Assembly: GCA_963730935.1 (NCBI GenBank)
Contig: CAVSTP010000002.1
Span: 192,001 to 256,000, forward strand
DNA length: 64,000 nt
DNA from: an uncultured Nitrospiraceae bacterium
GTDB taxonomy: Bacteria > Nitrospirota > Nitrospiria > Nitrospirales > Nitrospiraceae
Direction of reading: 5' to 3'
Shown here in pieces: positions 9,540-19,631 of the stretch. A model generated the notes under the pieces. That model was given only the letters and a program-made list of their open reading frames with translations, was not told the origin of the DNA and ran no database searches. Each line of letters starts with the position of its first letter. The first letter of the stretch is position 1. The position numbers and the translations under genes were made by a program.

Positions 9540-10847
9540 ATGCCCAAACACGAGCCGATCTTACTAAAAAACATGAGTCAGCCCGGGTATGCCGGGACGC
9601 TCGCCGAGTACGAAAAAACGGGCGGCTACCAGGCGCTCAAGAAAATCCTGGGAAAGGTTTCACCCGCCGACGTGACGCAACTCGTCATTAAGTCCGGCCT
9701 CCGGGGCCGCGGCGGCGCCGGCTTCCCCACCGGGGTCAAGTGGGGGTTCCTCCCCAAGGATTACCAGGGCCCCCGTTACCTCTGCTGCAATGCCGACGAA
9801 AGCGAGCCCGGTACGTTTAAAGACCGTCAGCTGATCGAACGCGACCCTCACCAGATTCTGGAGGGGATCCTTCTGGCCTGTTACGCGATTGGATCCGAGA
9901 CCGCCTACATCTATATAAGGGGCGAGTTTGTCCTGGGAGCGCGAATCCTCGAGGAGGCGATCGGGGAGGCCCGCCGGGCAGGCTACATCGGCAAAAACAT
10001 TCAAGGCACCGGCGTGACGGTCGACGTCTGGGTGCATCGCGGAGCCGGCGCGTACATTTGCGGGGAGGAAACCGCATTGCTGGAGTCGCTCGAAGGCAAA
10101 CGCGGCTTGCCTCGCGTGAAGCCGCCATTTCCCGCTACGCACGGACTCTATAACAAGCCAACCGTGGTCAATAACGTGGAAACGCTCGCGAACCTGCCGC
10201 ACATCATCAATCGGGGTCCCGAATGGTTTGCGGCCATCGGTTCACCTCCCAAGAGCACCGGCACGCGCATCTTCTGTGTCAGCGGGCACGTCAAGCGCCC
10301 GGGCAACTACGAAGTGCCGATGGGCATCACGTTCCGGGAGCTGATTTATGAGCATGCGGGCGGTATGCGCTCGGACAAACCCTTGAAGGCCTTCATCCCT
10401 GGCGGCGCGTCGGCACCGTTTCTGACGCCCGACCACCTTGACGTCAAGCTGGATTTTGAATCGGTTGCAGCCGCCGGTTCGATGCTTGGTTCCGGGGGTG
10501 TGACGATCATGGAGGAAGGCACCAGTATGGTCTGGGCTGCGCTGCGTCTGATGGAATTTTTCTACCATGAGTCCTGCGGCAAGTGCAGTCCCTGCCGCGA
10601 AGGCAGCTCCTGGCTGGTGCAGACCATGCGCCGCATCGTCGCCAAGCGAGGCCGCGCGCAGGACCTGGAAACACTGACGGACCTTTGCAAGAACATCGTC
10701 GGTCGCACGGTGTGCGCCTTCGGGGACGCCGAAGTCGCGCCGATCATGAGCACGCTGAAGCATTGGCGCCCCGAATACATCGCGCTTATCCACGAGGCGG
10801 AAGCGTCGAATCTGCTTCGTCCGCAACCCGTAGGCATGAAAGGATAA
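9540..10847 (+). CDS. nuoF: NADH-quinone oxidoreductase subunit F
   Basis: GLRGRGGAGFPTG, NADESEPGTFKDR, GAGAYICGEETAL, ESCGKCSPCREG. Start taken at ATG 9540. Confidence 0.98.
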   Translation: MPKHEPILLKNMSQPGYAGTLAEYEKTGGYQALKKILGKVSPADVTQLVIKSGLRGRGGAGFPTGVKWGFLPKDYQGPRYLCCNADESEPGTFKDRQLIERDPHQILEGILLACYAIGSETAYIYIRGEFVLGARILEEAIGEARRAGYIGKNIQGTGVTVDVWVHRGAGAYICGEETALLESLEGKRGLPRVKPPFPATHGLYNKPTVVNNVETLANLPHIINRGPEWFAAIGSPPKSTGTRIFCVSGHVKRPGNYEVPMGITFRELIYEHAGGMRSDKPLKAFIPGGASAPFLTPDHLDVKLDFESVAAAGSMLGSGGVTIMEEGTSMVWAALRLMEFFYHESCGKCSPCREGSSWLVQTMRRIVAKRGRAQDLETLTDLCKNIVGRTVCAFGDAEVAPIMSTLKHWRPEYIALIHEAEASNLLRPQPVGMKG

Positions 10848-10882
10848 CGGCCGCGCTCGAGCCGGCCGAATCGGAACCTCAC

Positions 10883-13555
10883 ATGACCGCTCCCACGTCC
10901 AATACCGTCCGGCTCACGATCGACGGCATCGAAATCACCGTGCCCAAGGGCACCCTTGTGATCGAGGCCGCCCGCCGGGTCGGCGTTATGATTCCCCACT
11001 TCTGTTATCACCCGAAGCTAAAGCCGGACGCGAACTGCCGGATGTGCTTGGTGGAAATCGAAAAAATGCCGAAGCTGCAAACGTCGTGCAGCACCATCGC
11101 GACCGACGGGATGTCCGTGCGGACTGCCACGACCGTCGTCAATGATGCGCACAAGTCGGTATTGGAATTCATCCTGGCCAATCATCCGCTGGATTGCCCG
11201 GTGTGTGATCAGGGGGGCAAGTGCGACCTTCAGGACTTCTCACACGAGTACACGGCCACGGGCAGCCGGTTCAGCGAGACCAAACGCGTGTTTCAAAAGG
11301 AATATTTTAGCCCGCTCATCGAAACGCAGATGAACCGCTGCGTGCAATGCCTGCGCTGCGTCCGGTACTGCGACGAGGTGATGGACGTCAAGGCTCTGGC
11401 TCCCGCCGGTCGCGGCACCATGACGGAAATCAAGGCCTTCGGGTCGCACCCGCTCGATTGTGAATTCTGCGGCGGCTGCGTCCAGATTTGTCCCGTGGGC
11501 GCCATCACCAGCCGGCTGTCCATGTACGAGTACCGGCCGTGGATGCTGAAACGCGCCGATACGGTCTGCCAATACTGCGGCGACGGCTGCCAGATCACGG
11601 TGCAGACCAAGGACAACGAATTGATCGAAGTCAACTCGTCGTACGGGGCAGGCCGCAATAACGGCGACCTCTGCGCGCGCGGGTTTTTCGGGTTTCATGC
11701 CACGAGCCATCCGGATCGCCTGACAAAACCGCTCATCCGCCGAAACGGCATCCTCGAGCCAACGACGTGGGAGGAGGCGCTCGAGTACGCCGCGCAGCAA
11801 ATCGCCCGTCTCAAGGCGGCTCATGGCGCCGACGCGTTCGGCGGCTTGATTTCGAGCCGCTGCACGAACGAAGAGCTGTTTGTCTTCCAGAAGTTTATGC
11901 GTCTCGTGATCGGGACGAACAACCTCGACAGCAGCGCCCGCTACGGCCAGGTCAACGCTGTGCAAGCGATGCGTCGCGTGCAAGGGACGCATCGATGGAC
12001 TGTCACCTTCGACGACATCGTCGAGGCCGATGTGCTGCTGCTCGTCGGGACCAGCATCACGGAGACCAATCCGGTTGCCGGACTCCGGGTGAAGGAAGCG
12101 GTCAAAAAGCGGCAGGCCAAGCTCCTGACCATTGAAGCGACACAGCCAGGCATCGACTCGATCAGCAATATCACCAACCTGGCCCAGCTGCATGTCGGTG
12201 TCCCGACCGCTCAATTCGGTGACGCGCTGATGGGCCTCCTCAAAGCCGTCGTGGACGGCCGGCACGTCGAGCAGTCGCTGCAGAACCGATCGACGGCGTA
12301 CGTCTCGGCGCTGTCAGAAGCGCTCGGGAAGCTCTCCTGGACGGACATCGAAGCGGCGACCGGAACCACTCGCGACAGCTTCATCGAAATGGTCACGGCC
12401 ATTGCGCAGGGACGTCGGGTCGTGGTGCTGGCCGGTCAGGATCTGTTGCGAAGTGTCGGCGGCTATGGCGCCTGTCTGAACCTGCTCGATTTGCTCCTGC
12501 TTACTGGAAAACTGGCCGAACCGGGCTGCGGTTTTGCGCCGCTCGCCGAAGAAAACAACGATCAAGGCGCCGTGGAGATGGGAGCCCTCGCTGAACTGCT
12601 TCCGGGTGCCAAGGACGTCGCGGTCGCCGGCGAACGCTCACCGTTGGCCCGCGCCTGGAAAGCCGAGCTTCCGAGCGCCGCCGGCGCCACTCTGAACGAG
12701 ATGATCGACAAGGCCAGGGCCGGCGAGTTGAAAGCCATGGTCGTGGTCGGTGAAAACCCGGCTGGCAGCCTCCCCGCTCACCTCGATGTCGCCGGGTCAC
12801 TCAAAACCTTGGAGTTGTTGGTCTGCCAGGAGCTCTTCCTCACCGAAACGGCCGCGCTGGCGCATGTGGTGCTTCCGGCCGCTGCACCGCTGGAGAAGAC
12901 CGGCACCTGGACCAACGAAGAGGGCCATCTGCAGATGATTCGTCCGGCGATCGAGCCGACGGGCGAGAGCCGGCCGGATTGGGAAATCTTGTCCACGCTG
13001 TCGATGCTGCTGGGCACCTCATTCGAGTACGGCGAGAGCAAAGACGTGCTCAAAGAGGTCCGCAGCGTGATTCCCGGCTATGGATTGCTCGGGCCGGCAC
13101 CGATTCCGCCCAAGGTAGATCCCGCCGCCGTCGAACGGTACGTCGCGGGGGACTATCGCCAAGACATCGCCACTCGCTATACTCTGGCCCCGCGTCGACC
13201 GCAGACTGACGGGACCACTTGGCACATGCGCCTGACGCAAAGCCTGTTTCATTCTGGAAAGCTGTCTACTCGTGCGAAGGGATTGCTTGAACTCGAAGCA
13301 CAGCCTGTGCTGCGAATGAACCGGAGCGAGGCCGAGCGACTCAATATTGTCGATGGTGATCGCGTCCGGGTGTCGAACCGTCGAGGTGAACTGGTGACGA
13401 CCGTCAAGCTCGTGGAACGGGTCCCGGCGCGAACGGTGTGGTTCCCCGACCACTTTGCGCAACGAGCCTCATTACTGTTTGACTGCACGGTCGACCCGGT
13501 CACAAAGGTGCCTGCGTTTAGAACGACATCGGTTTCGATCGTCAAAGCCGGCTGA
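10883..13555 (+). CDS. nuoG: NADH-quinone oxidoreductase subunit G (long form with N7-type cluster and molybdopterin-oxidoreductase fold)
   Basis: IPHFCYH, CRMCLVE, HPLDCPVCDQGGKCDLQ, CVQCLRC, CEFCGGCVQICPVG, CQYCGDGC. Start taken at ATG 10883. Confidence 0.95.
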   Translation: MTAPTSNTVRLTIDGIEITVPKGTLVIEAARRVGVMIPHFCYHPKLKPDANCRMCLVEIEKMPKLQTSCSTIATDGMSVRTATTVVNDAHKSVLEFILANHPLDCPVCDQGGKCDLQDFSHEYTATGSRFSETKRVFQKEYFSPLIETQMNRCVQCLRCVRYCDEVMDVKALAPAGRGTMTEIKAFGSHPLDCEFCGGCVQICPVGAITSRLSMYEYRPWMLKRADTVCQYCGDGCQITVQTKDNELIEVNSSYGAGRNNGDLCARGFFGFHATSHPDRLTKPLIRRNGILEPTTWEEALEYAAQQIARLKAAHGADAFGGLISSRCTNEELFVFQKFMRLVIGTNNLDSSARYGQVNAVQAMRRVQGTHRWTVTFDDIVEADVLLLVGTSITETNPVAGLRVKEAVKKRQAKLLTIEATQPGIDSISNITNLAQLHVGVPTAQFGDALMGLLKAVVDGRHVEQSLQNRSTAYVSALSEALGKLSWTDIEAATGTTRDSFIEMVTAIAQGRRVVVLAGQDLLRSVGGYGACLNLLDLLLLTGKLAEPGCGFAPLAEENNDQGAVEMGALAELLPGAKDVAVAGERSPLARAWKAELPSAAGATLNEMIDKARAGELKAMVVVGENPAGSLPAHLDVAGSLKTLELLVCQELFLTETAALAHVVLPAAAPLEKTGTWTNEEGHLQMIRPAIEPTGESRPDWEILSTLSMLLGTSFEYGESKDVLKEVRSVIPGYGLLGPAPIPPKVDPAAVERYVAGDYRQDIATRYTLAPRRPQTDGTTWHMRLTQSLFHSGKLSTRAKGLLELEAQPVLRMNRSEAERLNIVDGDRVRVSNRRGELVTTVKLVERVPARTVWFPDHFAQRASLLFDCTVDPVTKVPAFRTTSVSIVKAG

Positions 13556-13614
13556 CAAGTGTGAAGCTGCCTGCAACGCCGCAGTAGTGCAAAGAGCGAA
13601 GAAGGAGTGTTCTC

Positions 13615-14688
13615 GTGACTGAACTCAGCTTGCGACTCGCAGTTTCGTTGGCCCAAATCGCCGCCGTCATGGGCGTGGTCATGTTGACGGTGATGATCCT
13701 GACTCTCGCCGAACGGAAAGTGCTCGGCTGGATGCAGGACCGCATGGGCCCCATGGAAGTTGGCCCCTATGGCATCCTCCAGCCGGTCGCCGACGGCTTG
13801 AAACTGTTCTTCAAAGAAGACATCGTGCCGGCCGGTGCGAACAAGTTTATGTTCAGCCTCGCGCCGATCCTCGCCATGGTCCCCGCCCTGATCGGTTTTG
13901 CGGTGGTGCCGTTCGGTCCGAGCCACAAGATCGAAGTGTTCGGCATCACCGTGGAGCCGTTCGTCATTAGCGACATCAATATCGGTATTCTGTACATCCT
14001 GGCTTTCACCTCGATCGGCGCCTACGGCATCATCCTCGGCGGATGGGCGTCCAACAGCAAGTACTCGCTGTTGGGAGGCCTGCGGTCCGCTGCCCAGGTG
14101 ATCAGTTACGAGCTCAACGTGGGCCTTGCCATCGTCGGCGTACTGATCCTTGCCGGCTCGCTCAGCCTTGTCAAAATTACCGAAGCGCAATCCGGCGGAT
14201 TCTGGCACTGGTTTGTCTTCGCCCTCCCCGCACCCCAGATCTTCGCCTTCGTCGTGTACGTCATCTCGGCTGTGGCGGAAACGAACCGCGTGCCCTTCGA
14301 CTTGCCGGAAGCCGAGAGCGAGCTGGTGGCCGGCTTTTTTACGGAATACAGCGGCATGCGCTTCGCCTTCTTCTTCATCGCGGAGTACGCCAACATGGTG
14401 CTGGTGTCCTGCGTGGCTGCAGCCATGTTCCTGGGTGGCTGGAACGCACCCTATCCAGGGACGATTTTGGCTCACCTCGGGCTCGAGGGCATCGCCTGGG
14501 TCGAAAACATCGCCTGGTTCACAGTAAAGGTGTATACCTTTCTCTTCCTGTTTTTCTGGCTCCGTGCAACGTTGCCCCGTTTGCGTTATGACCAGCTGAT
14601 GAAGTTCGGCTGGAAAGTCATGTTGCCGATCGCGTTGGGAAACATCGTGGTTACGTCGATCGCCGTATATCTGTTCCCGAGGGGATAA
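13615..14688 (+). CDS. nuoH: NADH-quinone oxidoreductase subunit H
   Basis: [51 protein letters not shown]. Confidence 0.98.
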   Translation: MTELSLRLAVSLAQIAAVMGVVMLTVMILTLAERKVLGWMQDRMGPMEVGPYGILQPVADGLKLFFKEDIVPAGANKFMFSLAPILAMVPALIGFAVVPFGPSHKIEVFGITVEPFVISDINIGILYILAFTSIGAYGIILGGWASNSKYSLLGGLRSAAQVISYELNVGLAIVGVLILAGSLSLVKITEAQSGGFWHWFVFALPAPQIFAFVVYVISAVAETNRVPFDLPEAESELVAGFFTEYSGMRFAFFFIAEYANMVLVSCVAAAMFLGGWNAPYPGTILAHLGLEGIAWVENIAWFTVKVYTFLFLFFWLRATLPRLRYDQLMKFGWKVMLPIALGNIVVTSIAVYLFPRG

Positions 14689-15240
14689 GTGTTCGGCATG
14701 CAGAAATTCATCGTCTGGCTGAAGACCATTACCTTCTACGAGATCCTTGTCGGCATGAAGGCGACGATGTCGCATCTGCTGCACTACAAGCCGATCACGG
14801 TGCAATACCCTCACGAAAAGCGGATCCTTCCGGACAATTATCGCGGCATGCTCGGCCTGTTGCGCTACGACGACGGAACCGAAAAATGCGTCGGCTGCGA
14901 TCTCTGCGAAGCCGCCTGCCCGTCTCGCGTCATCCGCGTCGTCAGCTCCGAAGTCCCGGAAGAACCCACCAAGCGGTACGCCAAGGAATATTATATGGAC
15001 ATGACGCGCTGCCTGTTTTGCGGGATGTGCGTCGATGCCTGTCCGGTGGACGCGCTCGGGATGAGCCGTGAATTCGAGTGGGCGGTGTACGACAAGCGTC
15101 AACTGCACCTGAATAAGGAACAGTTGCTCGCCATCGGCGACCGTTCGTTCCCGGTTCGCGAGAAGCGGCTCGAGCTGCAGCACCCGAACGTCGCGTTTTT
15201 CAATGTCTCATTCAGCCACGTCCCCCCGAAGCCCAACTGA
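14689..15240 (+). CDS. nuoI: NADH-quinone oxidoreductase subunit I
   Basis: Two 4Fe-4S motifs, CVGCDLCEAACP and CLFCGMCVDACP. Start is GTG 14689 or ATG 14698. Confidence 0.97.
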   Translation: MFGMQKFIVWLKTITFYEILVGMKATMSHLLHYKPITVQYPHEKRILPDNYRGMLGLLRYDDGTEKCVGCDLCEAACPSRVIRVVSSEVPEEPTKRYAKEYYMDMTRCLFCGMCVDACPVDALGMSREFEWAVYDKRQLHLNKEQLLAIGDRSFPVREKRLELQHPNVAFFNVSFSHVPPKPN

Positions 15241-15328
15241 CGCGCCGCCATGACCGGGCGAGGCAAGAGACGTCAGGCTGGACGGAGGAACGCGCCTTGT
15301 TCGCGATGACGGGAATGCCGACCTAACC

Positions 15329-15847
15329 ATGGAACATTTCTTCTTTTTTTACTTCGCCCTGGTCATCGCCGCCTCCTCGGTGCTCGTCGTCGCATTGCGC
15401 AACCCCATCTACAGCGCGCTCTCCCTGTTGATCATGTTCTTCCACGTCGCCGGTCTGTACGTAACGCTGCATGCTGAGTTCCTCGCTGCGGTACAGGTGA
15501 TCGTCTATGCAGGGGCCATTCTCGTCCTCTATCTGTTCGTGGTCATGCTGCTGAACCTCAAGCACGACGAGCGGTACCACCGCCAGTGGCCGGTGGCAGC
15601 CGCCGTCGGGTCCATCTTAGTGCTCGAAGCGGTCGTACTGACGCTCGTGAAGGGACGGACGGCCGTGGCCAGACCCGCCGTTGCCGAGCCGAGTGTGGAG
15701 GGGCTGGGCAACACGGAATCCCTGGGCGACGTCCTGTACTCGACCTATCTCTTTCCCTTCGAAGTCGCATCGTTGATTCTGCTCGTCGCGATGATCGGCG
15801 CCATCATTTTGGCCAAAAAGGACCTGAGCGGCGAGTCGCTGCAATGA
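15329..15847 (+). CDS. nuoJ: NADH-quinone oxidoreductase subunit J
   Basis: [34 protein letters not shown]. Confidence 0.96.
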   Translation: MEHFFFFYFALVIAASSVLVVALRNPIYSALSLLIMFFHVAGLYVTLHAEFLAAVQVIVYAGAILVLYLFVVMLLNLKHDERYHRQWPVAAAVGSILVLEAVVLTLVKGRTAVARPAVAEPSVEGLGNTESLGDVLYSTYLFPFEVASLILLVAMIGAIILAKKDLSGESLQ

Positions 15848-15878
15848 ACACGTTCCGGATGCAACAGGGAGAAGTCTG

Positions 15879-16181
15879 ATGATTCCCCTGTCGTACTACG
15901 TCACGCTCAGCGCGGTCGTCTTCTTCACAGGGCTGGTAGGCGTTCTGATCAGGCGCAACATCATCATCATTTTGCTCTCCGTGGAGTTGATGCTCAACGC
16001 CACCAACATCAACTTCGTCGCATTTTCACAATCGCTTCACAACATCGCCGGCCAGGTCTTCGTGTTCTTCGCGCTCACGGTCGCCGCAGCCGAGGTGGCG
16101 GTCGGCCTTGCCATCATCATCGCCCTGCATCGGGCGAAAAACACGATCAATGTCGACGAATTTCAGCTGATGAAATGGTGA
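15879..16181 (+). CDS. nuoK: NADH-quinone oxidoreductase subunit K
   Basis: [26 protein letters not shown]. Confidence 0.97.
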   Translation: MIPLSYYVTLSAVVFFTGLVGVLIRRNIIIILLSVELMLNATNINFVAFSQSLHNIAGQVFVFFALTVAAAEVAVGLAIIIALHRAKNTINVDEFQLMKW

Positions 16182-16182
16182 G

Positions 16183-18075
16183 ATGACGTACGAACTCATT
16201 CCATTGCTGCCATTGGCCTCCTTCTTGATCCTCGGCATTTTCGGACATTGGATCAGGGACAAGGCGCATCTCGTGGCGGTCCCAGCCATCGTGCTCTCGC
16301 TTTGGATTTCGGTCCTTGCGTTCTTCGACGTGGCGGGAGGGCACCATTCCACGATTCGCCTCTATACCTGGCTGATCTCTGGCATGCTCGACGTTCATAT
16401 CGGGCTCTCGATCGACCGCCTGACCTCGGTCATGCTGCTGCTGGTCACCACCGTCAGTGCACTGGTGCACATCTATACCATCGGCTATATGCAGGGCGAG
16501 CCGGGATACGCGCGCTTCTTCAGCTATATCGCCTTGTTCACGTTCTCCATGCTGATGCTGGTACTGGCCGACAATTTTCTGCAGCTGTTCGTGTTTTGGG
16601 AAGCCGTCGGCCTCTGTTCTTACCTCTTGATCGGCCATTGGTACGAACGCCAGTCGGCCGTCGCCGCCGCCACCAAGGCCTTCATCGTGAATCGGGTGGG
16701 AGACTTCGGATTCATTCTCGGCTTGCTGCTCGTGTTCGCCACGTTCGATTCCCTGGATTATGCGACCGTCTTCGCCAACGTGGGGCCAGCGACGGCAAAG
16801 GTGATGAACATCCTTGGCCCGCTCGGGGGCAGCCTCGAAGTCTCGACCATCACGGTGATCTGCCTCCTGCTCTTCATGGGTGCCGTCGGAAAGTCCGCAC
16901 AGTTTCCGCTCCATGTGTGGCTGCCTGACGCCATGGAAGGCCCGACGCCGATCTCTGCCCTCATCCACGCCGCTACGATGGTCACCGCTGGGGTCTTCAT
17001 GGTGGCCAGACTTGCTCCGTTGTACAACGCGTCGCCGGCCGCGATGTCCGTTGTCGCGGTCGTGGGCGCCATCACGATGGTGCTTGGGGCGACCATCGCC
17101 CTGACGCAGACGGACATCAAGCGGGTCGTCGCGTACTCGACCATGAGCCAGCTTGGCTACATGATGATGGCGTGCGGGCTGGGGGCCTACGCCGCCGGCA
17201 TGTATCACCTCATGACACACGGAGCGTTCAAGGCGCTGCTGTTCCTGGGCTGCGGCTCGGTCATCATCGCCCTGCACCATGAGCAGGACATGCGCCGGAT
17301 GGGCGGCCTCAAGGATCGGCTGCCGATCACCTATTGGACCTTCGTGGTCGGCTCTCTCGCGTTGGCCGGCTTTCCGTTAACTGCGGGGTTTTTCAGCAAG
17401 GACGACATTCTCGTCTCCGCCTGGGCAGCAGGACCGCTCGGACAGGTGTTGAGCCTGTTCGGCCTTCTCACGGCGCTCCTCACCGCCTTCTACAGCTTCC
17501 GGTTGGTCTTTGTGACCTTCTGGGGTCCTTCCCGGGTGGACCAGCACCACGCCGCTCACGTGCATGAACCTTCGCCCACGATGACGGTGCCGCTTGTCAT
17601 CTTGGCCGTGCTGAGCATTGCGACAGGGTATTTCGGCATCCCGGAGTTTCTCGCGCCGGTGTTTGAACAGGAGGGCGGCAACGCCCATGCGAGTGGAACG
17701 CTTGGAATCATGCTCCTGGCGACTGCGATGGGCCTGCTGGGCATCGCGGCTGCCTACTACGCCTATGTGTTGCATCCCTCGCTGCCCGACCGCTGGGCTC
17801 AACAGTGGCGGACCGCGTATGAGTGGTCTTTCCATAAATGGTACTTCGACGAAGCCTATGACCGCAGCATCGTCCGTCCGACATTCACGGCGGCCGCTGA
17901 ATTGTGGAAGCGCATCGACGTCGCGGTGATCGATGGCGCCGTCAATGGTGTCGCAAGGGCGATCGCCTGGGGCGCCTGGTTCCTGCGCCTCGTGCAAAGC
18001 GGACAAACGCAGCATTACGCGCTGGGCATGGCGCTCGGCGCGGTTGTGATCCTGACCCTGTTGATGGTGATTTGA
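16183..18075 (+). CDS. nuoL: NADH-quinone oxidoreductase subunit L
   Basis: WEAVGLCSYLLIG, NRVGD, KSAQFPLHVWLPDAMEGPTPISALIHAATMV. Confidence 0.98.
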   Translation: MTYELIPLLPLASFLILGIFGHWIRDKAHLVAVPAIVLSLWISVLAFFDVAGGHHSTIRLYTWLISGMLDVHIGLSIDRLTSVMLLLVTTVSALVHIYTIGYMQGEPGYARFFSYIALFTFSMLMLVLADNFLQLFVFWEAVGLCSYLLIGHWYERQSAVAAATKAFIVNRVGDFGFILGLLLVFATFDSLDYATVFANVGPATAKVMNILGPLGGSLEVSTITVICLLLFMGAVGKSAQFPLHVWLPDAMEGPTPISALIHAATMVTAGVFMVARLAPLYNASPAAMSVVAVVGAITMVLGATIALTQTDIKRVVAYSTMSQLGYMMMACGLGAYAAGMYHLMTHGAFKALLFLGCGSVIIALHHEQDMRRMGGLKDRLPITYWTFVVGSLALAGFPLTAGFFSKDDILVSAWAAGPLGQVLSLFGLLTALLTAFYSFRLVFVTFWGPSRVDQHHAAHVHEPSPTMTVPLVILAVLSIATGYFGIPEFLAPVFEQEGGNAHASGTLGIMLLATAMGLLGIAAAYYAYVLHPSLPDRWAQQWRTAYEWSFHKWYFDEAYDRSIVRPTFTAAAELWKRIDVAVIDGAVNGVARAIAWGAWFLRLVQSGQTQHYALGMALGAVVILTLLMVI

Positions 18076-18080
18076 CGCTG

Positions 18081-19631
18081 ATGCAACCCGACTGGTTTCC
18101 CTGGCTGAGTATTCTGATCTTCCTGCCGCTGGCGGGAGCCGGTGCGCTCTACCTCGCACCCGAGCGCCACGCCCGGACGATCGCGTTGGCGACAACGGTT
18201 CTGGATGTCCTCGTGGCGCTGCCTCTCTGGTGGCTGTTCGATCCGTCGTCCAGCCGCATGCAATTCGTCGAGCACGTGGCCTGGATCACGTCGCCTCCGA
18301 TCCATTACAGCCTCGGCATCGACGGCATCAGTCTCCCGCTCGAACTGATGACCGCCGCACTGATGCCCCTCTGCATCCTAGTGTCCTGGGAGTCCATCAC
18401 CACGAGGGTGCGGACCTTCATGGCCGTCCTGCTCGTGATGGAGACCGCCATGCTCGGCGTCTTCGCCGCGCTGGACTTCGTGCTGTTCTATGTCTTCTGG
18501 GAAGCGATGCTGATTCCGATGTATCTGCTCATCGGCGTCTGGGGGGGTCCCAATCGGCTGTACGCGGCCATCAAGTTCTTCCTGTACACCTTGGCGGGCA
18601 GCGTGCTCCTTTTGGTGGCCATCCTCGTGCTGTACTTCTATGGCGGGCGCACGTTCGATGTGCTGGCGCTCAGTCAGGTGACATACCCCGCAGCCCTGCA
18701 GCAATGGCTGTTTCTGGCATTCTTTGCCGCCTTCGCAGTGAAGGTCCCGATGTTCCCGTTCCATACCTGGCTGCCCGATGCGCATGTCGAAGCACCGACC
18801 GCAGGGAGCGTGATCCTCGCCAGCGTGCTGCTGAAGATGGGTGCCTATGGGTTCGTGCGTTTCAGTCTGCCGATGCTGCCGGACGCGAGTCAGGCCATGA
18901 CTCCGTTGATTGCAGCCCTCTCGATCATCGCGATTATCTATGGGGCCTACATGGCGCTGGCCCAGGTGGATCTCAAGAAGTTGATCGCCTATTCCAGCGT
19001 CAGCCACATGGGATTCGTGACGCTCGGCCTGTTCGTGATGAACCAACAAGGCATTGAGGGAGCAATCCTGCAAATGGTCAATCACGGCATCACGACTGGC
19101 GCACTCTTCCTCTGCGTCGGCATCATCTATGAGCGGACCCACAGCCGGTTGATTGCCGACAATGTCGGCCTGGCCAAGCCCATGCCCCGCTACGCGACGT
19201 TCCTGGTGATCTTTGCGCTGTCCTCGCTCGGTCTTCCGGGCACCAACAGCTTTGTCGGCGAGTTCCTGGTCCTGGTCGGGACGTTTCTCTGGAGCAAAGC
19301 CGCGGCCGCTCTCGCCTCCTTGGGCGTGATCCTTGCGGCTGCCTATCTGCTGTACATGGTTCAACGCGTCGTGTTCGGCGTCGCCCTGCCGCGTGAGCTG
19401 CCCCGTCTAAAGGACGTCGGCATCAGAGAGTTCACGATCCTTCTGCCGCTCGTGGTACTCGTCTTCTTGATCGGAATCTATCCGAATCCTCTAGTCACCC
19501 GGATGCATAGCACCGTGACCAAAACGTTGGAGACAATGGCGCGAACCAAGGTCGCTCCGAATTCCCATCCTTCGGCCGCGGTCGTTCCCTCGGTCGTGTT
19601 GAGCGGTCAGACGGAGAACGGACGACCATGA
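18081..19631 (+). CDS. nuoM: NADH-quinone oxidoreductase subunit M
   Basis: FYVFWEAMLIP, KVPMFPFHTWLPDAHVEAPT, LIAYSSVSHMG. Start taken at ATG 18081. Confidence 0.97.
   Translation: MQPDWFPWLSILIFLPLAGAGALYLAPERHARTIALATTVLDVLVALPLWWLFDPSSSRMQFVEHVAWITSPPIHYSLGIDGISLPLELMTAALMPLCILVSWESITTRVRTFMAVLLVMETAMLGVFAALDFVLFYVFWEAMLIPMYLLIGVWGGPNRLYAAIKFFLYTLAGSVLLLVAILVLYFYGGRTFDVLALSQVTYPAALQQWLFLAFFAAFAVKVPMFPFHTWLPDAHVEAPTAGSVILASVLLKMGAYGFVRFSLPMLPDASQAMTPLIAALSIIAIIYGAYMALAQVDLKKLIAYSSVSHMGFVTLGLFVMNQQGIEGAILQMVNHGITTGALFLCVGIIYERTHSRLIADNVGLAKPMPRYATFLVIFALSSLGLPGTNSFVGEFLVLVGTFLWSKAAAALASLGVILAAAYLLYMVQRVVFGVALPRELPRLKDVGIREFTILLPLVVLVFLIGIYPNPLVTRMHSTVTKTLETMARTKVAPNSHPSAAVVPSVVLSGQTENGRP

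Noticed and set aside
7096..15183. Very long antisense ORFs (7096-8907, 11240-12265, 13249-15183; likewise 54049-55674)
   Set aside because: These are shadow frames opposite well-supported genes, expected from high-GC codon bias, with no protein motifs.
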